DNA from: a virus
Lineage: Duplodnaviria > Heunggongvirae > Uroviricota > Caudoviricetes
Direction: 5' to 3' (one strand)
DNA length: 64,000 nt
IMG/VR virus record: IMGVR_UViG_3300037312_000757
The position numbers and the translations under genes were made by a program. Under the pieces are notes generated by a model. The model was not told the DNA's origin. It did no database searches and saw only the letters and a list, made by a program, of their open reading frames with translations. Each line of letters opens with the position of its first letter. Position 1 is the stretch's first letter. Below, in pieces: positions 45,102-54,526 of the stretch.

Positions 45102-45150
45102 TGCCAAATGTTACACATACTTACTGTACATTACAAATAGATTATCACAT

Positions 45151-45642
45151 TTAAGTGGTAATTGTTTCGATGACTTCGTCAAACTCACCGATGTCAGGTG
45201 CTTCAAATTGCTTGAACATGTTTGACAATACGTATGCAGGGATAACCTTACCTTGCGACAGTCGGTCTTCGTTCTGGGTGCGTGCCTTGACCAGGTCTTG
45301 TGGCAAGTTGAATACAACTGCACGCTTCTTATAGCTCTTAGGAATACGAGCCAACTTCTTCGCACGAGACTTGATAGTCAAGTTAGTTTGATCCCAGATA
45401 ATGTTCTGTTTGTGTGCGATCGCGGCAGCCAAACGGATATCGAACTCGCTCTCGACTTCCGAATACTTGAAGTGATTGAACGCTTCAGTATAGTTGAGAC
45501 CCATTGCTTGGCCCCACTCAACGAAGATAGCGTCTGTGCTGAGCACAACATATGCGCGATCAGTCTTCTCAAGATAGTTCTTGATCCAAGTACTCTTGCC
45601 CGAACCCGCCGGTCCGATCATCATGATCATATCGTTAAACAT
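45151..45642 (-). CDS. P-loop kinase (AAA_33 / polynucleotide kinase-like)
   Basis: MIGPAGSGKST, LSTD, IIWDQTN...R, IP..VL..M...FE.P. Confidence 0.8.
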   Translation of the reverse strand: MFNDMIMMIGPAGSGKSTWIKNYLEKTDRAYVVLSTDAIFVEWGQAMGLNYTEAFNHFKYSEVESEFDIRLAAAIAHKQNIIWDQTNLTIKSRAKKLARIPKSYKKRAVVFNLPQDLVKARTQNEDRLSQGKVIPAYVLSNMFKQFEAPDIGEFDEVIETITT

Positions 45643-46210
45643 CGAACAGATAGTCCTTTATTATTTGAATTGGTTGATCTGCTAGTAACACTTCAAAGTG
45701 ATTAAATGGGACTGCTACATATTCCGGCGCATCCCACGCCGTTTGACTCTTGATGGTCACTGCTCCATCATTTGCTTCAGTAAACATTGGGTTACCACCC
45801 TCAGTGGTAACCATACTCAGCGTAGGACAACCGAGAGGTGAATTGCGTAATGAAGTCAGCAATGGACTGTTAGTGCTGATTGTTTCAAACATCGCATGTG
45901 GGTTGAACCATTTAATAAGTTCCGCCGCCTTATTGCCACCAAAGGGAGTGCCCATTGTGACTACACGATCAACTAGGTTAGTCTTTTGTGCGATCAAGGA
46001 TGCGATGGCACCACCCAAGCTATGAGCGACAATGCTCACATGTTCGCCACGTGCTTTAAGCCGTTTTACTTCTGCGTCAATGACTAAAGAGATGTTCTCG
46101 CTTACGCTGTATGACAGGAACTCAGCCTTATGTGGTGGCAAGTTCTCTTGAATACGTTTGAACGTGGCAGGTGTCGAAAAGGCACCATGCACATAGAGAA
46201 TTGTTTTCAT
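45635..46210 (-). CDS. Alpha/beta hydrolase
   Basis: YVHGA, AHSLGG, MGTPF.G, NDG.V, NHFE. Confidence 0.85.
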   Translation of the reverse strand: MKTILYVHGAFSTPATFKRIQENLPPHKAEFLSYSVSENISLVIDAEVKRLKARGEHVSIVAHSLGGAIASLIAQKTNLVDRVVTMGTPFGGNKAAELIKWFNPHAMFETISTNSPLLTSLRNSPLGCPTLSMVTTEGGNPMFTEANDGAVTIKSQTAWDAPEYVAVPFNHFEVLLADQPIQIIKDYLFDV

Positions 46211-46250
46211 AGATTTCCTCCGTTTCATTATTTACAGCTCGTTCGGAGGG

Positions 46251-47513
46251 TTAAAAGTTAGTCTTAAACTTCTCACCAGTCTTGGTGCTTGTCACTTCAA
46301 CTTGTGGGAGGTACCAGTTCTCAATCTTGTCTTCGTCTATCTTGATGATCTGCGGATCGTTTTCAGCGTTGTTATAGTCTTTGCGAACTACCGAGAAAGC
46401 ACCTGTCAGGAATGCTTCCTTGTCAATCTCAACACCGTAAATGCGTGTGTCATTCTTATCGTTCGGATATGTGAACCCGTTATGGCGACCATAGTTATGA
46501 TTTTGGGCTCGCAAGCCAGCGGTGAACGCCAAATAGAACTTACTATTCACTTCAAACACATATCGCGCCGAGAACCATGAATAAGCAGAATTCAGTTCCA
46601 GAAGAGCAGAGGGTGAGCTCGGTTCCAGTGTGATGTCATGCGTGCATTCAGCAGTGCTAATGAAGCAGATATGCTTGTCATGGTATGAACGATCGTCAGT
46701 GCGGAATTTGTTTACTGCCTTTTCTGCTTCAGTAAGTGAGATCTCGGTGTCTTCAAGAATTCTAGCCACCTTTACAGTGCGAGCTTTGTCGAGAATTGGT
46801 TCATGTTCTTCGTCGCCTGACTGTGTGATAGCAACGATGTACGTCTTCTTTGGCTCCACTGCGATCTGATGCTTTTCGGTGTACGATTGGATACGATTAC
46901 GAAGATGCCATATAGTATGGCCACGATCATCCTTCTGGTCGTCAAACTCACCGTCATATTCACGGAACACTTCGTAGAAGGAGCCGTAGTACGTGCCGAT
47001 ACGACCGTCACGTAGTTCAACCTTGTAACCCGGCTTTACCGTCTTCAAGTTGACGGATAAGCCAAAGCGTTCTGTGTTCTTCACTGCGTCCTTGTACGGA
47101 TCGCTAGTGATAGGCAACAAAACATTGTCGGTTCCGTCGCGTCCCCATGCACAAGGAACCATGATTTCACCATTGATGACTGTGTTTTCACTCATAATCT
47201 CGATCACGTTTTCAACCGAGATTTCGAGTTCAAAACCACGTGGGTCTTCAATGCGAATGAGAGTTGTGCCATTACGGCCCCAACCACGGCGAGCTGAGTC
47301 TGCAATTCGGAAGCCAGATACTGGTTCGTTCTCGAAAACAACGGACTTCAGCTTGCTGCTTGACGTTGCTCGATCAATTGTTGCGATACGCTTCTTGCCA
47401 GCTGCATCTTCTCCGTAGGGAGTAAGATAGCCTAAAGGCGCACCACTTTCGGTATCACATCGGTAGAAACCAACGTATGCCTTGTCAAAGAGTTTGATTG
47501 TGAGTGAGGACAT
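46251..47513 (-). CDS. Hypothetical protein, large gene of duplicated module A
   Basis: YVGF...PLGYLTPY...IRIEDPRGFELEISVEN. Confidence 0.75.
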   Translation of the reverse strand: MSSLTIKLFDKAYVGFYRCDTESGAPLGYLTPYGEDAAGKKRIATIDRATSSSKLKSVVFENEPVSGFRIADSARRGWGRNGTTLIRIEDPRGFELEISVENVIEIMSENTVINGEIMVPCAWGRDGTDNVLLPITSDPYKDAVKNTERFGLSVNLKTVKPGYKVELRDGRIGTYYGSFYEVFREYDGEFDDQKDDRGHTIWHLRNRIQSYTEKHQIAVEPKKTYIVAITQSGDEEHEPILDKARTVKVARILEDTEISLTEAEKAVNKFRTDDRSYHDKHICFISTAECTHDITLEPSSPSALLELNSAYSWFSARYVFEVNSKFYLAFTAGLRAQNHNYGRHNGFTYPNDKNDTRIYGVEIDKEAFLTGAFSVVRKDYNNAENDPQIIKIDEDKIENWYLPQVEVTSTKTGEKFKTNF

Positions 47514-47560
47514 TTGTTTTCTTGTTATAAGTCCAAGTTCGTACGACTGAAACGGGCCGC

Positions 47561-47803
47561 TTATCGACATAGCGAAATCAACAAAGCGTAATTCGTGATC
47601 GCTTCGTCAAGTTCTGCCTGATGTTTTGCCGCGACGTCCGCTGCTGCCTGTACTTGTTCTTCTGCGATACGTTTCTTGATACGTTGAATTTCAAGCCACG
47701 CGTCCTTGACACCGTCGTTGTTGAAAATCAACTCAGCTTCAGTCGTGTCGGTATCGAGGTTTTTCCCGTTCTCACGGGCGATCTTGAGGTATTCTTTGGT
47801 CAT
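47561..47803 (-). CDS. 80-aa helical protein, small gene of module A
   Basis: W..IQ.IK..IA...NYALL..L.R. Confidence 0.7.
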   Translation of the reverse strand: MTKEYLKIARENGKNLDTDTTEAELIFNNDGVKDAWLEIQRIKKRIAEEQVQAAADVAAKHQAELDEAITNYALLISLCR

Positions 47804-47912
47804 TTCTAGTTGTTATTATTTGCCAAGCCTTGCCAGTCTACTACAGTTTCCTTTAGTGCAACACAAAGAATGGTAATGTACAATACGGCTTCAATATTTC
47901 ATGGAGGTCAAT

Positions 47913-49205
47913 GTGAGTGAACTAGAGTCAGGCGACCATCGCCTGATAGGTAAGGAACTTGACCTCTTCCACATTCAGGAAGAGGCAATCGGTAGCGTGT
48001 TTTGGCACCCCAACGGCTACACGCTGTTCCGTACCATCGAAAACTACATTCGCGAGAAGGTTCGCAAGGACGGATATCGCGAGGTGAAGACGCCCCAGAT
48101 GATGGATCGCAAGCTTTGGGAAGCGTCAGGCCACTGGGCCAAGTATCGCGAGAATATGTTCGTGGTTGAACAAAATGAAGAAGTAGTCCATAGCCCAGAT
48201 TGCGTTCGATACATGGATGATGGTAAGGGTGGTGACTATGCGGAGTTTTGTAATTGTGCAACCACGCCTTCATATCTGGCCATCAAGCCCATGAACTGTC
48301 CGGGGCATGTGCAGATCTTCAATCAGGGCATTACGTCATACAAAGATTTGCCAATCCGTTTGGCAGAGTTCGGTGCATGTCATCGCAACGAACCATCAGG
48401 TTCGCTACTGGGTCTTATGCGTGTTCGCGCATTCACGCAAGATGATGCACATATTTTCTGCACTGAAGATCAAATCAATGACGAAAGCGTCAAGTTCTGC
48501 AATCTGCTGTTGTCCGTCTATCGTGACTTTGGTTTCAACGACGTCAGCGTAAAGCTTTCCACGCGCCCTGCTGCTCGAGCGGGTAGTGACGAAATTTGGG
48601 ACAAGGCTGAAAAGGGACTTGCTGACGCAGCTTCAGCCGCTGGTCTCACGGTTGAACTGCAACCTGGTGAGGGTGCATTCTACGGTCCGAAACTTGAATT
48701 CACATTGACCGACAAGCGAGGCCGTCAGTGGCAATGCGGAACACTTCAGCTCGATCTAGTTCTGCCTGAACGGTTGGGGGCCAGTTACGTCACCACGGAA
48801 GGAACGTCCGCACACCCAGTAATGCTGCACCGTGCGATCCTAGGCTCTGTGGAGCGTTTTATGGGGATCCTGCTTGAACACGATGAAGGCAAGCTTCCGT
48901 TCTGGCTTTGTCCTGTTCAAGTCGGTATCGTTCCTGTCAACGAAGCGCATCATCAGTATGCGAAGAACTTGATGGAACAGCTTGACAATGAAGGCGTGCG
49001 TGTTGAGATGAATTCAGATGCATCACATTTCAACAAACGTATGAAGGGCTACTTGGGCAAGCGTGTGCCAGTAGTCATCATTGTTGGTGACAAAGAGAAG
49101 AATGACTATAACGCGACACTGCGTTATCGAGATGGTACGCAAAAGACGATGGCTTTGCGTTCTGCTGTTGATACGCTGGTCAAACAAAACAGACCAGGTC
49201 GTTAA
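47913..49205 (+). CDS. thrS: Threonyl-tRNA synthetase lacking N-terminal TGS/editing domains
   Basis: DHR.IG..LDLF, KPMNCPGH, CHRNEPSG, TQDDAHIFC, GEGAFYGPK, WQCGT.Q.D, MLHRAILGS.ERF, GDKE; GTG after GGAGG. Confidence 0.93.
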   Translation: MSELESGDHRLIGKELDLFHIQEEAIGSVFWHPNGYTLFRTIENYIREKVRKDGYREVKTPQMMDRKLWEASGHWAKYRENMFVVEQNEEVVHSPDCVRYMDDGKGGDYAEFCNCATTPSYLAIKPMNCPGHVQIFNQGITSYKDLPIRLAEFGACHRNEPSGSLLGLMRVRAFTQDDAHIFCTEDQINDESVKFCNLLLSVYRDFGFNDVSVKLSTRPAARAGSDEIWDKAEKGLADAASAAGLTVELQPGEGAFYGPKLEFTLTDKRGRQWQCGTLQLDLVLPERLGASYVTTEGTSAHPVMLHRAILGSVERFMGILLEHDEGKLPFWLCPVQVGIVPVNEAHHQYAKNLMEQLDNEGVRVEMNSDASHFNKRMKGYLGKRVPVVIIVGDKEKNDYNATLRYRDGTQKTMALRSAVDTLVKQNRPGR

Positions 49206-49207
49206 AG

Positions 49208-49234
49208 AAAAGGCCCGCAAATGCGGGCCTTTTT
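49208..49234. terminator. Bidirectional terminator
   Basis: AAAAGGCCCGCA-aa-TGCGGGCCTTTT. Confidence 0.85.
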
Positions 49235-50070
49235 TACTTCGGATCAGCTAGTGTGTACATCACTGCTTCTGAGCTGTCTTCAAAAATCCAACAATCACCT
49301 GTTGCTTTAATTCCTGAATTACAATTGCTCATAATCCAGCACCATTGTCGGAAAGTCATATCGTTCGGCAGATTGATGTTGCGACGAACTCCCATTGGTT
49401 CACACATCTTCACCACTGATCCCGAAATGTGCGTGTGATCAGCAATACGGGGCAAACACGCTGGCACATCAAGCTTGCCTACACGTTTCTCATAGGCATC
49501 CCACCATGCTTTAACTTCTGCGTAGTGTTCTTCTGCAACCATCAGCGTTCCGCGGAAGATGACTTCATCCGGGTTTTCATACCGATACGTGGACAAAGTC
49601 CAGGGAATTGCAGTATCAGTGAGTTGTGTCCACGTTGCGACATGGAAATACATTGCACGCATATCCAAGTCACATACTGCAACCAACTTTGTTCCTACGG
49701 GGACGGGGTGAAAGACTTCGGTGAACCGATCAGTCCAGTCAGGTTCACGTCCATAAACGTTATACGGTGAAACGGCCGCTACTGGATCGTTACTATCGCT
49801 AGCCTCAGCAACACAATCGTCATCGTCATCATAACGATGTTTATTGCGTGTGGGTTTCACCAGTATTTCATCACCTAGAAACCAGTCTTTGACTGCTTTA
49901 CCATAACGCTTGAATACGTTACCGCTTCGTGTTTTATTTGTTGTTTTTTTCTTTTCCATACCCAAAGAGCCCCAAAGCTGGTCTCTAAAAATCGCCAAAT
50001 CATCCAGATACGATCCACCCGGAAGGGTTTTGACGTGCGATCCTCTCCCTTGATTCTGCATCAAAGACAT
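49234..50070 (-). CDS. Tandem paralog 1 of 4
   Basis: WCWIMSNC...WIFEDSSEAVMYTL. Confidence 0.7.
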   Translation of the reverse strand: MSLMQNQGRGSHVKTLPGGSYLDDLAIFRDQLWGSLGMEKKKTTNKTRSGNVFKRYGKAVKDWFLGDEILVKPTRNKHRYDDDDDCVAEASDSNDPVAAVSPYNVYGREPDWTDRFTEVFHPVPVGTKLVAVCDLDMRAMYFHVATWTQLTDTAIPWTLSTYRYENPDEVIFRGTLMVAEEHYAEVKAWWDAYEKRVGKLDVPACLPRIADHTHISGSVVKMCEPMGVRRNINLPNDMTFRQWCWIMSNCNSGIKATGDCWIFEDSSEAVMYTLADPK

Positions 50071-50742
50071 TTAGGATTCCTTCGACAGCTTGTAAAGCAC
50101 AGCGTCGCTGTCTTCGGTGAAGAGCCAGTAGTCGTTGTTAACTATGTATGCTGGTCCGCAATTTTCTACAATCCAACGCCATTCAGCATGCTGTTCATCA
50201 CTAATGAAACCTGAATACAAGCCACGAGACTTCACTAGTAAGCCATCAAGGCGCATGCCATCCTTGAGTTGCGGAATTGACATGTTGATATCTGGAAAGC
50301 GTTTGCTGTAGACGTTCCACCACGTGAGGAACTGTTGCTTCAATTCTTCAGAGTTTACGAAGAATGTACCGTTATAATGACCATTCGGGTTCTTCTCGTC
50401 ACCATTGTGATCGACCATAACAGTCCAGCCTTCAGTTATCCGCTCTGCAGCAATCCACACAGCCAAATGTGAAAGTAGGGGTCGCAAGTGCAACGTCACA
50501 ACCGGAATCATTGTTTGACCATGCAGCGGACCAGACGGAATAGCTTTCACCCAGTCAAATTCAAGCCCACCAAATTCAGCCCAAGGGTTAGCTTTACAGT
50601 CGTTAGTGAAATTGAACTTGAATGACTTCATAGAAATCACCAGTGAATTTGACAATTCACTGTTTTCAATTTCGTCTTCATCTACACCCAAAGCCCAATC
50701 TCTGATCTTTTCGTAGGTTCGTTGCAGGACGTTGCGACGCAT
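50071..50742 (-). CDS. Tandem paralog 2 of 4
   Basis: WRWIVENC...WLFTEDSDAVLYKL. Confidence 0.7.
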   Translation of the reverse strand: MRRNVLQRTYEKIRDWALGVDEDEIENSELSNSLVISMKSFKFNFTNDCKANPWAEFGGLEFDWVKAIPSGPLHGQTMIPVVTLHLRPLLSHLAVWIAAERITEGWTVMVDHNGDEKNPNGHYNGTFFVNSEELKQQFLTWWNVYSKRFPDINMSIPQLKDGMRLDGLLVKSRGLYSGFISDEQHAEWRWIVENCGPAYIVNNDYWLFTEDSDAVLYKLSKES

Positions 50743-50745
50743 ATT

Positions 50746-51477
50746 TTATTTCTCTTCGTAAATTGGCGAAAGCTTAAAAAGCACTGCGTCGGCAGCATCA
50801 CCAAACACAAATGCTCGCTCAGTCACCCAGACTGGACCAGAGCAGTTCTCAATGATCCAAAACCACTGTTTAAAAATCGGGCCCCATGGTTCAGCTACAC
50901 GTGCATAATTGTTGTAGTTGAAGCCACGGTGACTGATTACCGTAGCATTAATGATAGCGGCATCTGGCAAATTAGGCAACAGATCGTTGCCACTTGTTCC
51001 GAAACGCTCGTTATATTTGGCTTCCCAATCGAGGAATCGTTCCATCAATCCTTTCGATGTGTACAGCGCGCCGAAGTAATATCGTTTCCATGTAGCAGTG
51101 TCAAATGATGCTTCAATCTGAAATCCGAACTCTTCATTTGGTACACCATGAAGTGTTTGCCAAACATGCACATTGAACATGAAACGTCGTGCATCTTCTC
51201 GCGTGACAACACTCAAATTTTCTGGGTTGCGCAACAGTGTCAACGGAATATCATTTTCAAGAAGCCATTCTTTGTGGCCACCCGCAATATGTTGCGCAGG
51301 AGTAAGTTCAGCATTCTCCTTACCGTCGTCTTCCTCTTCGGCTTCTTCGGCTTCTTCAACCTCTTCTTCGTACTCGACAACAAACCAACTACCAACCCAT
51401 TCGAAAATGTTTGACAGCATAGTGTCAAACGCCGCCCGCGCTTTACTCATCGTTGTTTTTCTCGGTGTGAATGTCAA
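50746..51477 (-). CDS. Tandem paralog 3 of 4
   Basis: WFWIIENC...FVFGDAADAVLFKL. Confidence 0.7.
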   Translation of the reverse strand: MTFTPRKTTMSKARAAFDTMLSNIFEWVGSWFVVEYEEEVEEAEEAEEEDDGKENAELTPAQHIAGGHKEWLLENDIPLTLLRNPENLSVVTREDARRFMFNVHVWQTLHGVPNEEFGFQIEASFDTATWKRYYFGALYTSKGLMERFLDWEAKYNERFGTSGNDLLPNLPDAAIINATVISHRGFNYNNYARVAEPWGPIFKQWFWIIENCSGPVWVTERAFVFGDAADAVLFKLSPIYEEK

Positions 51478-52264
51478 GGGTCAGCTTGTACATAATCAAT
51501 TCGCCCTTGTCTTTAAAGATCCAATAGTCTTCTGTGAAGAGAACTTTGTCTTCCGTGTTCTGCACAATCCATACCCAGCGATCGAACAGGTCATCAGTCA
51601 CAGTTGGCATACCATACAATGAACCAAGTTTCTGATTGTGACGGATCGGATAGCCGCTGATTTCAATGCTTTCGTGAATTTGTGGTAGTTGATTGTTTTG
51701 CCACTCGTTACCTTCGTAGCGTGATGAATAGCTTTCCCACCATTCGTTGAATGCTTCGAGTGCTTTGCCTTCACGGATCAACAATGTTCCTTTGTTGACA
51801 CCATGTCCCTGTTCATCCCAGATCACGCCATATTCTTTCTTCTCGGGTTTACAGCATGCCTTCCACACACTCACATGAAACATGAATGCAAAGGAATTGT
51901 CGCAAGTCATGACCGGTACAAACTTTTCACCGAGCGAAAAGAAACCACGGGGGAACTCGATAGGCAGTGCCCACTTAAAAGCTGGCACCAAGTATCCAGC
52001 ATTATTTGGATACTGCGGGTTAACTGATGGCCATGTCGTGGTGGCCATTGGCGTGCCCGTGAACGTGCCGATGCTAGGTGTACCTATTGGGTACGGGATG
52101 TAAGGATTATGTATGGTCTGACTGCTGATACCACCGATGTTATTGATGTTGCCAATAATCGATTCGTAATATTCCTGCTCCATCTTCCTCAGTTCGTTCT
52201 CAAGCTCATCCTGTTGTTTTCGCTTGGAGATTTGATCGAAGAGATCGCTTATTTTACTTTTCAT
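51443..52264 (-). CDS. Tandem paralog 4 of 4
   Basis: WVWIVQNT...WIFKDKGELIMYKL. Confidence 0.7.
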   Translation of the reverse strand: MKSKISDLFDQISKRKQQDELENELRKMEQEYYESIIGNINNIGGISSQTIHNPYIPYPIGTPSIGTFTGTPMATTTWPSVNPQYPNNAGYLVPAFKWALPIEFPRGFFSLGEKFVPVMTCDNSFAFMFHVSVWKACCKPEKKEYGVIWDEQGHGVNKGTLLIREGKALEAFNEWWESYSSRYEGNEWQNNQLPQIHESIEISGYPIRHNQKLGSLYGMPTVTDDLFDRWVWIVQNTEDKVLFTEDYWIFKDKGELIMYKLTLDIHTEKNNDE

Positions 52265-52341
52265 ATGGCTTGACGCCTCCTCATTTTTATTGTATATTGG
52301 CATACAAGTAAGCACCTATCAATATTTCTGTAGGAGAATCA

Positions 52342-53538
52342 ATGGACCAAAGCAAAACGATCGCAATCCTGCACCATTGCGTGAACGATGATCTGTTGCA
52401 TCTCCGCTCGTTGTTTCAGGCGGAAGGCTTCGACATCAGGATCGTAGGCGGCGCAGTTCGCGATATCTTGTGCGGTGAGACTCCCAAGGATATCGACCTC
52501 TGCACGGACGCATACCCGGACGAAGCTATCGCAATCTACGACAAGGCTGGCTTGAAGCATGTGCCGACTGGCATCGATCACGGCACCATTTCGGTTGTGA
52601 TGGACAGTGGAGTGTACGAAATCACCAGCTTGCGCTACGATACCGAAACTGATGGTCGTCATGCAAAGGTCACGTTCACGCGCCAGTGGTACGAAGACTT
52701 GGCGCGGCGCGACCTCACGATCAATGCAATGTCGATGACGTTCGACGGTGTGCTGGATGACCCGTATCAGGGCGCGCAAGACCTCGAAAATCATGTCGTG
52801 CGGTTTGTCGGTAGCCCCGAATTGCGCATTCAGGAAGACTACTTGCGCATTTTGCGTTACTTCAGGTTTGCTGGTCGTTTCGGCTACATGATGTTCCGCG
52901 AGGATCAGATCACCGCGATCAGCAAGCATGCATCAGGTCTTCGTCAAGTGTCACGCGAACGTGTGTGGCAGGAAGTCAGCAAGATGATGAAACACTTTTC
53001 GGCCAGCGCAGTATATGACGAAATGGGCAAGGCCGGTGTGTTGGCGTACTGCGATCTTCCACCGATCAGCGCAAAGAAGATGGAACGCTTGGGCAAAGCA
53101 TCTACCTTCTCGCAGAATGCGGCGGCTGTGTTCGCTACGTTGTTTGACAGCCCTGATGATGCTGTATCATATGCGAAGAAGCTCAAGATCAGCACGGACG
53201 ATATGAAGTTGATGAAGTTCGTCGCGCATGTCGTCAACAGCGGTACTGGTGGTGATCTGTTGACCGGGATGAAGTACGCGATCGCGATCGACAACGTTCC
53301 GTTCAACCACGTGATTGAAGCGTTGAAGGCGGTGGGTGAAGTTGTTGTTGCGTCACACTTGCAAGTCTGGAGACAGCCTAAGTTTCCAGTCAGCGGTGAT
53401 GACATGATTGCTGCTGGTATGAAGCCAGGGAAGGAAATCGGTCAAGCGCTTGACAATGCCAAGCACTTGTGGTTCATGAGCGATTTTACGGCAACAAAGG
53501 ACGACTTGCTCGCTCGCGTGTTGCCCAAGGAGGCATGA
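52342..53538 (+). CDS. cca: CCA-adding enzyme / class II tRNA nucleotidyltransferase
   Basis: VGGAVRD, DIDLCT, EITSLR, RRDLTINAM, EDYLRILRYFRF, SRERVW.E. Confidence 0.88.
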   Translation: MDQSKTIAILHHCVNDDLLHLRSLFQAEGFDIRIVGGAVRDILCGETPKDIDLCTDAYPDEAIAIYDKAGLKHVPTGIDHGTISVVMDSGVYEITSLRYDTETDGRHAKVTFTRQWYEDLARRDLTINAMSMTFDGVLDDPYQGAQDLENHVVRFVGSPELRIQEDYLRILRYFRFAGRFGYMMFREDQITAISKHASGLRQVSRERVWQEVSKMMKHFSASAVYDEMGKAGVLAYCDLPPISAKKMERLGKASTFSQNAAAVFATLFDSPDDAVSYAKKLKISTDDMKLMKFVAHVVNSGTGGDLLTGMKYAIAIDNVPFNHVIEALKAVGEVVVASHLQVWRQPKFPVSGDDMIAAGMKPGKEIGQALDNAKHLWFMSDFTATKDDLLARVLPKEA

Positions 53539-53804
53539 TGGCAAAGAAGAAAGAGGTTGGGCCGCCAGTTCACAGCATTGAAATTGACTTGTCAAAGGGT
53601 GATAAGCACAGTCACCCTGACATCAAGGCAGACGGCACGCTGTACTTGTGCCGTATCGGCGGAGGATGGTTTATGGGTGCATTTGACAGCCAGTGGTTCG
53701 GCCTCAGCTTCAAAGGCTGGCTGAATCCACACGGTCTGCAATTCGACACGCCCGGAACCAACTCATCAAAGTGGGAACGGGTGATCGAACTGCATATCGA
53801 TTGA
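53538..53804 (+). CDS. Hypothetical protein
   Basis: SD GGAGG; overlaps the cca stop. Confidence 0.65.
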   Translation: MAKKKEVGPPVHSIEIDLSKGDKHSHPDIKADGTLYLCRIGGGWFMGAFDSQWFGLSFKGWLNPHGLQFDTPGTNSSKWERVIELHID

Positions 53805-54518
53805 TCATCGTCGTCTGATGAGGAGCGCCTCGTTTGTAGGCGCTTCTTCTATTGGAATTGGCAAGCGAGGTAATGACATCAACTTGTCAATGTTGATGAT
53901 GCCGTCCAAGAACAGTACGCCACGAGTATGGTTGACTGGCATACTGCCGTGATCTAAATCAACTTCATTGAGCGCGAACGCGTTATTACCAACGCTGTAC
54001 GTCATCACTGTCCCATCAACGTCAACTACTGGGCAGCCGTTATCACCGGATGTGTCGGTCAATGCAAACTTGATTGCCAGATGTTTGTTAGCATCATGCT
54101 GCTCTTTCCATTGAGTGAAGTAATCTGTGTGTAATGGCAACGCCAGCCCCTCACACTGTAGGAGAATCACAGCACGCGTAAACAGGTGGTAAAGGGGAAG
54201 CAGAGGCTCGACAATACGTTGAACAGTCTCTAGAATTGGAGCAGAGAGATAACCATCATCCCATTGCCATGTTACTTGGTCGTTGAAGCGATTGACCAGA
54301 CTTGAGTTGACACGCCGTCCATCTTTCGTCGCATAGCGTGTGTTGATCGAGTAGACAAAATCGACACCACTGTATTCAGTTGAAGTGAACGAACTACCCT
54401 TGATTTTGCCGTCGAGGTACAGTTGTTTGGTATGATTCACCAACTGCTGTTGATCAGCTGGTGAAATGGTGAAGTCTGGAAGGATGAAACCGTATTGCTC
54501 AGGCAGTGTGCGTGTCAT
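53805..54518 (-). CDS. Putative 2OG-Fe(II)/cupin oxygenase
   Basis: LPLHTD...DHGS...R..L; TAAATA at 54524-54529. Confidence 0.5.
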   Translation of the reverse strand: MTRTLPEQYGFILPDFTISPADQQQLVNHTKQLYLDGKIKGSSFTSTEYSGVDFVYSINTRYATKDGRRVNSSLVNRFNDQVTWQWDDGYLSAPILETVQRIVEPLLPLYHLFTRAVILLQCEGLALPLHTDYFTQWKEQHDANKHLAIKFALTDTSGDNGCPVVDVDGTVMTYSVGNNAFALNEVDLDHGSMPVNHTRGVLFLDGIINIDKLMSLPRLPIPIEEAPTNEALLIRRR

Positions 54519-54526
54519 GCACCTAT

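Noticed and set aside
47830-47900. thrS-type tRNA-mimic operator in the ThrRS leader
   Set aside because: Only a weak CTTT.GTG/CACAAAG stem and no anticodon-like loop.
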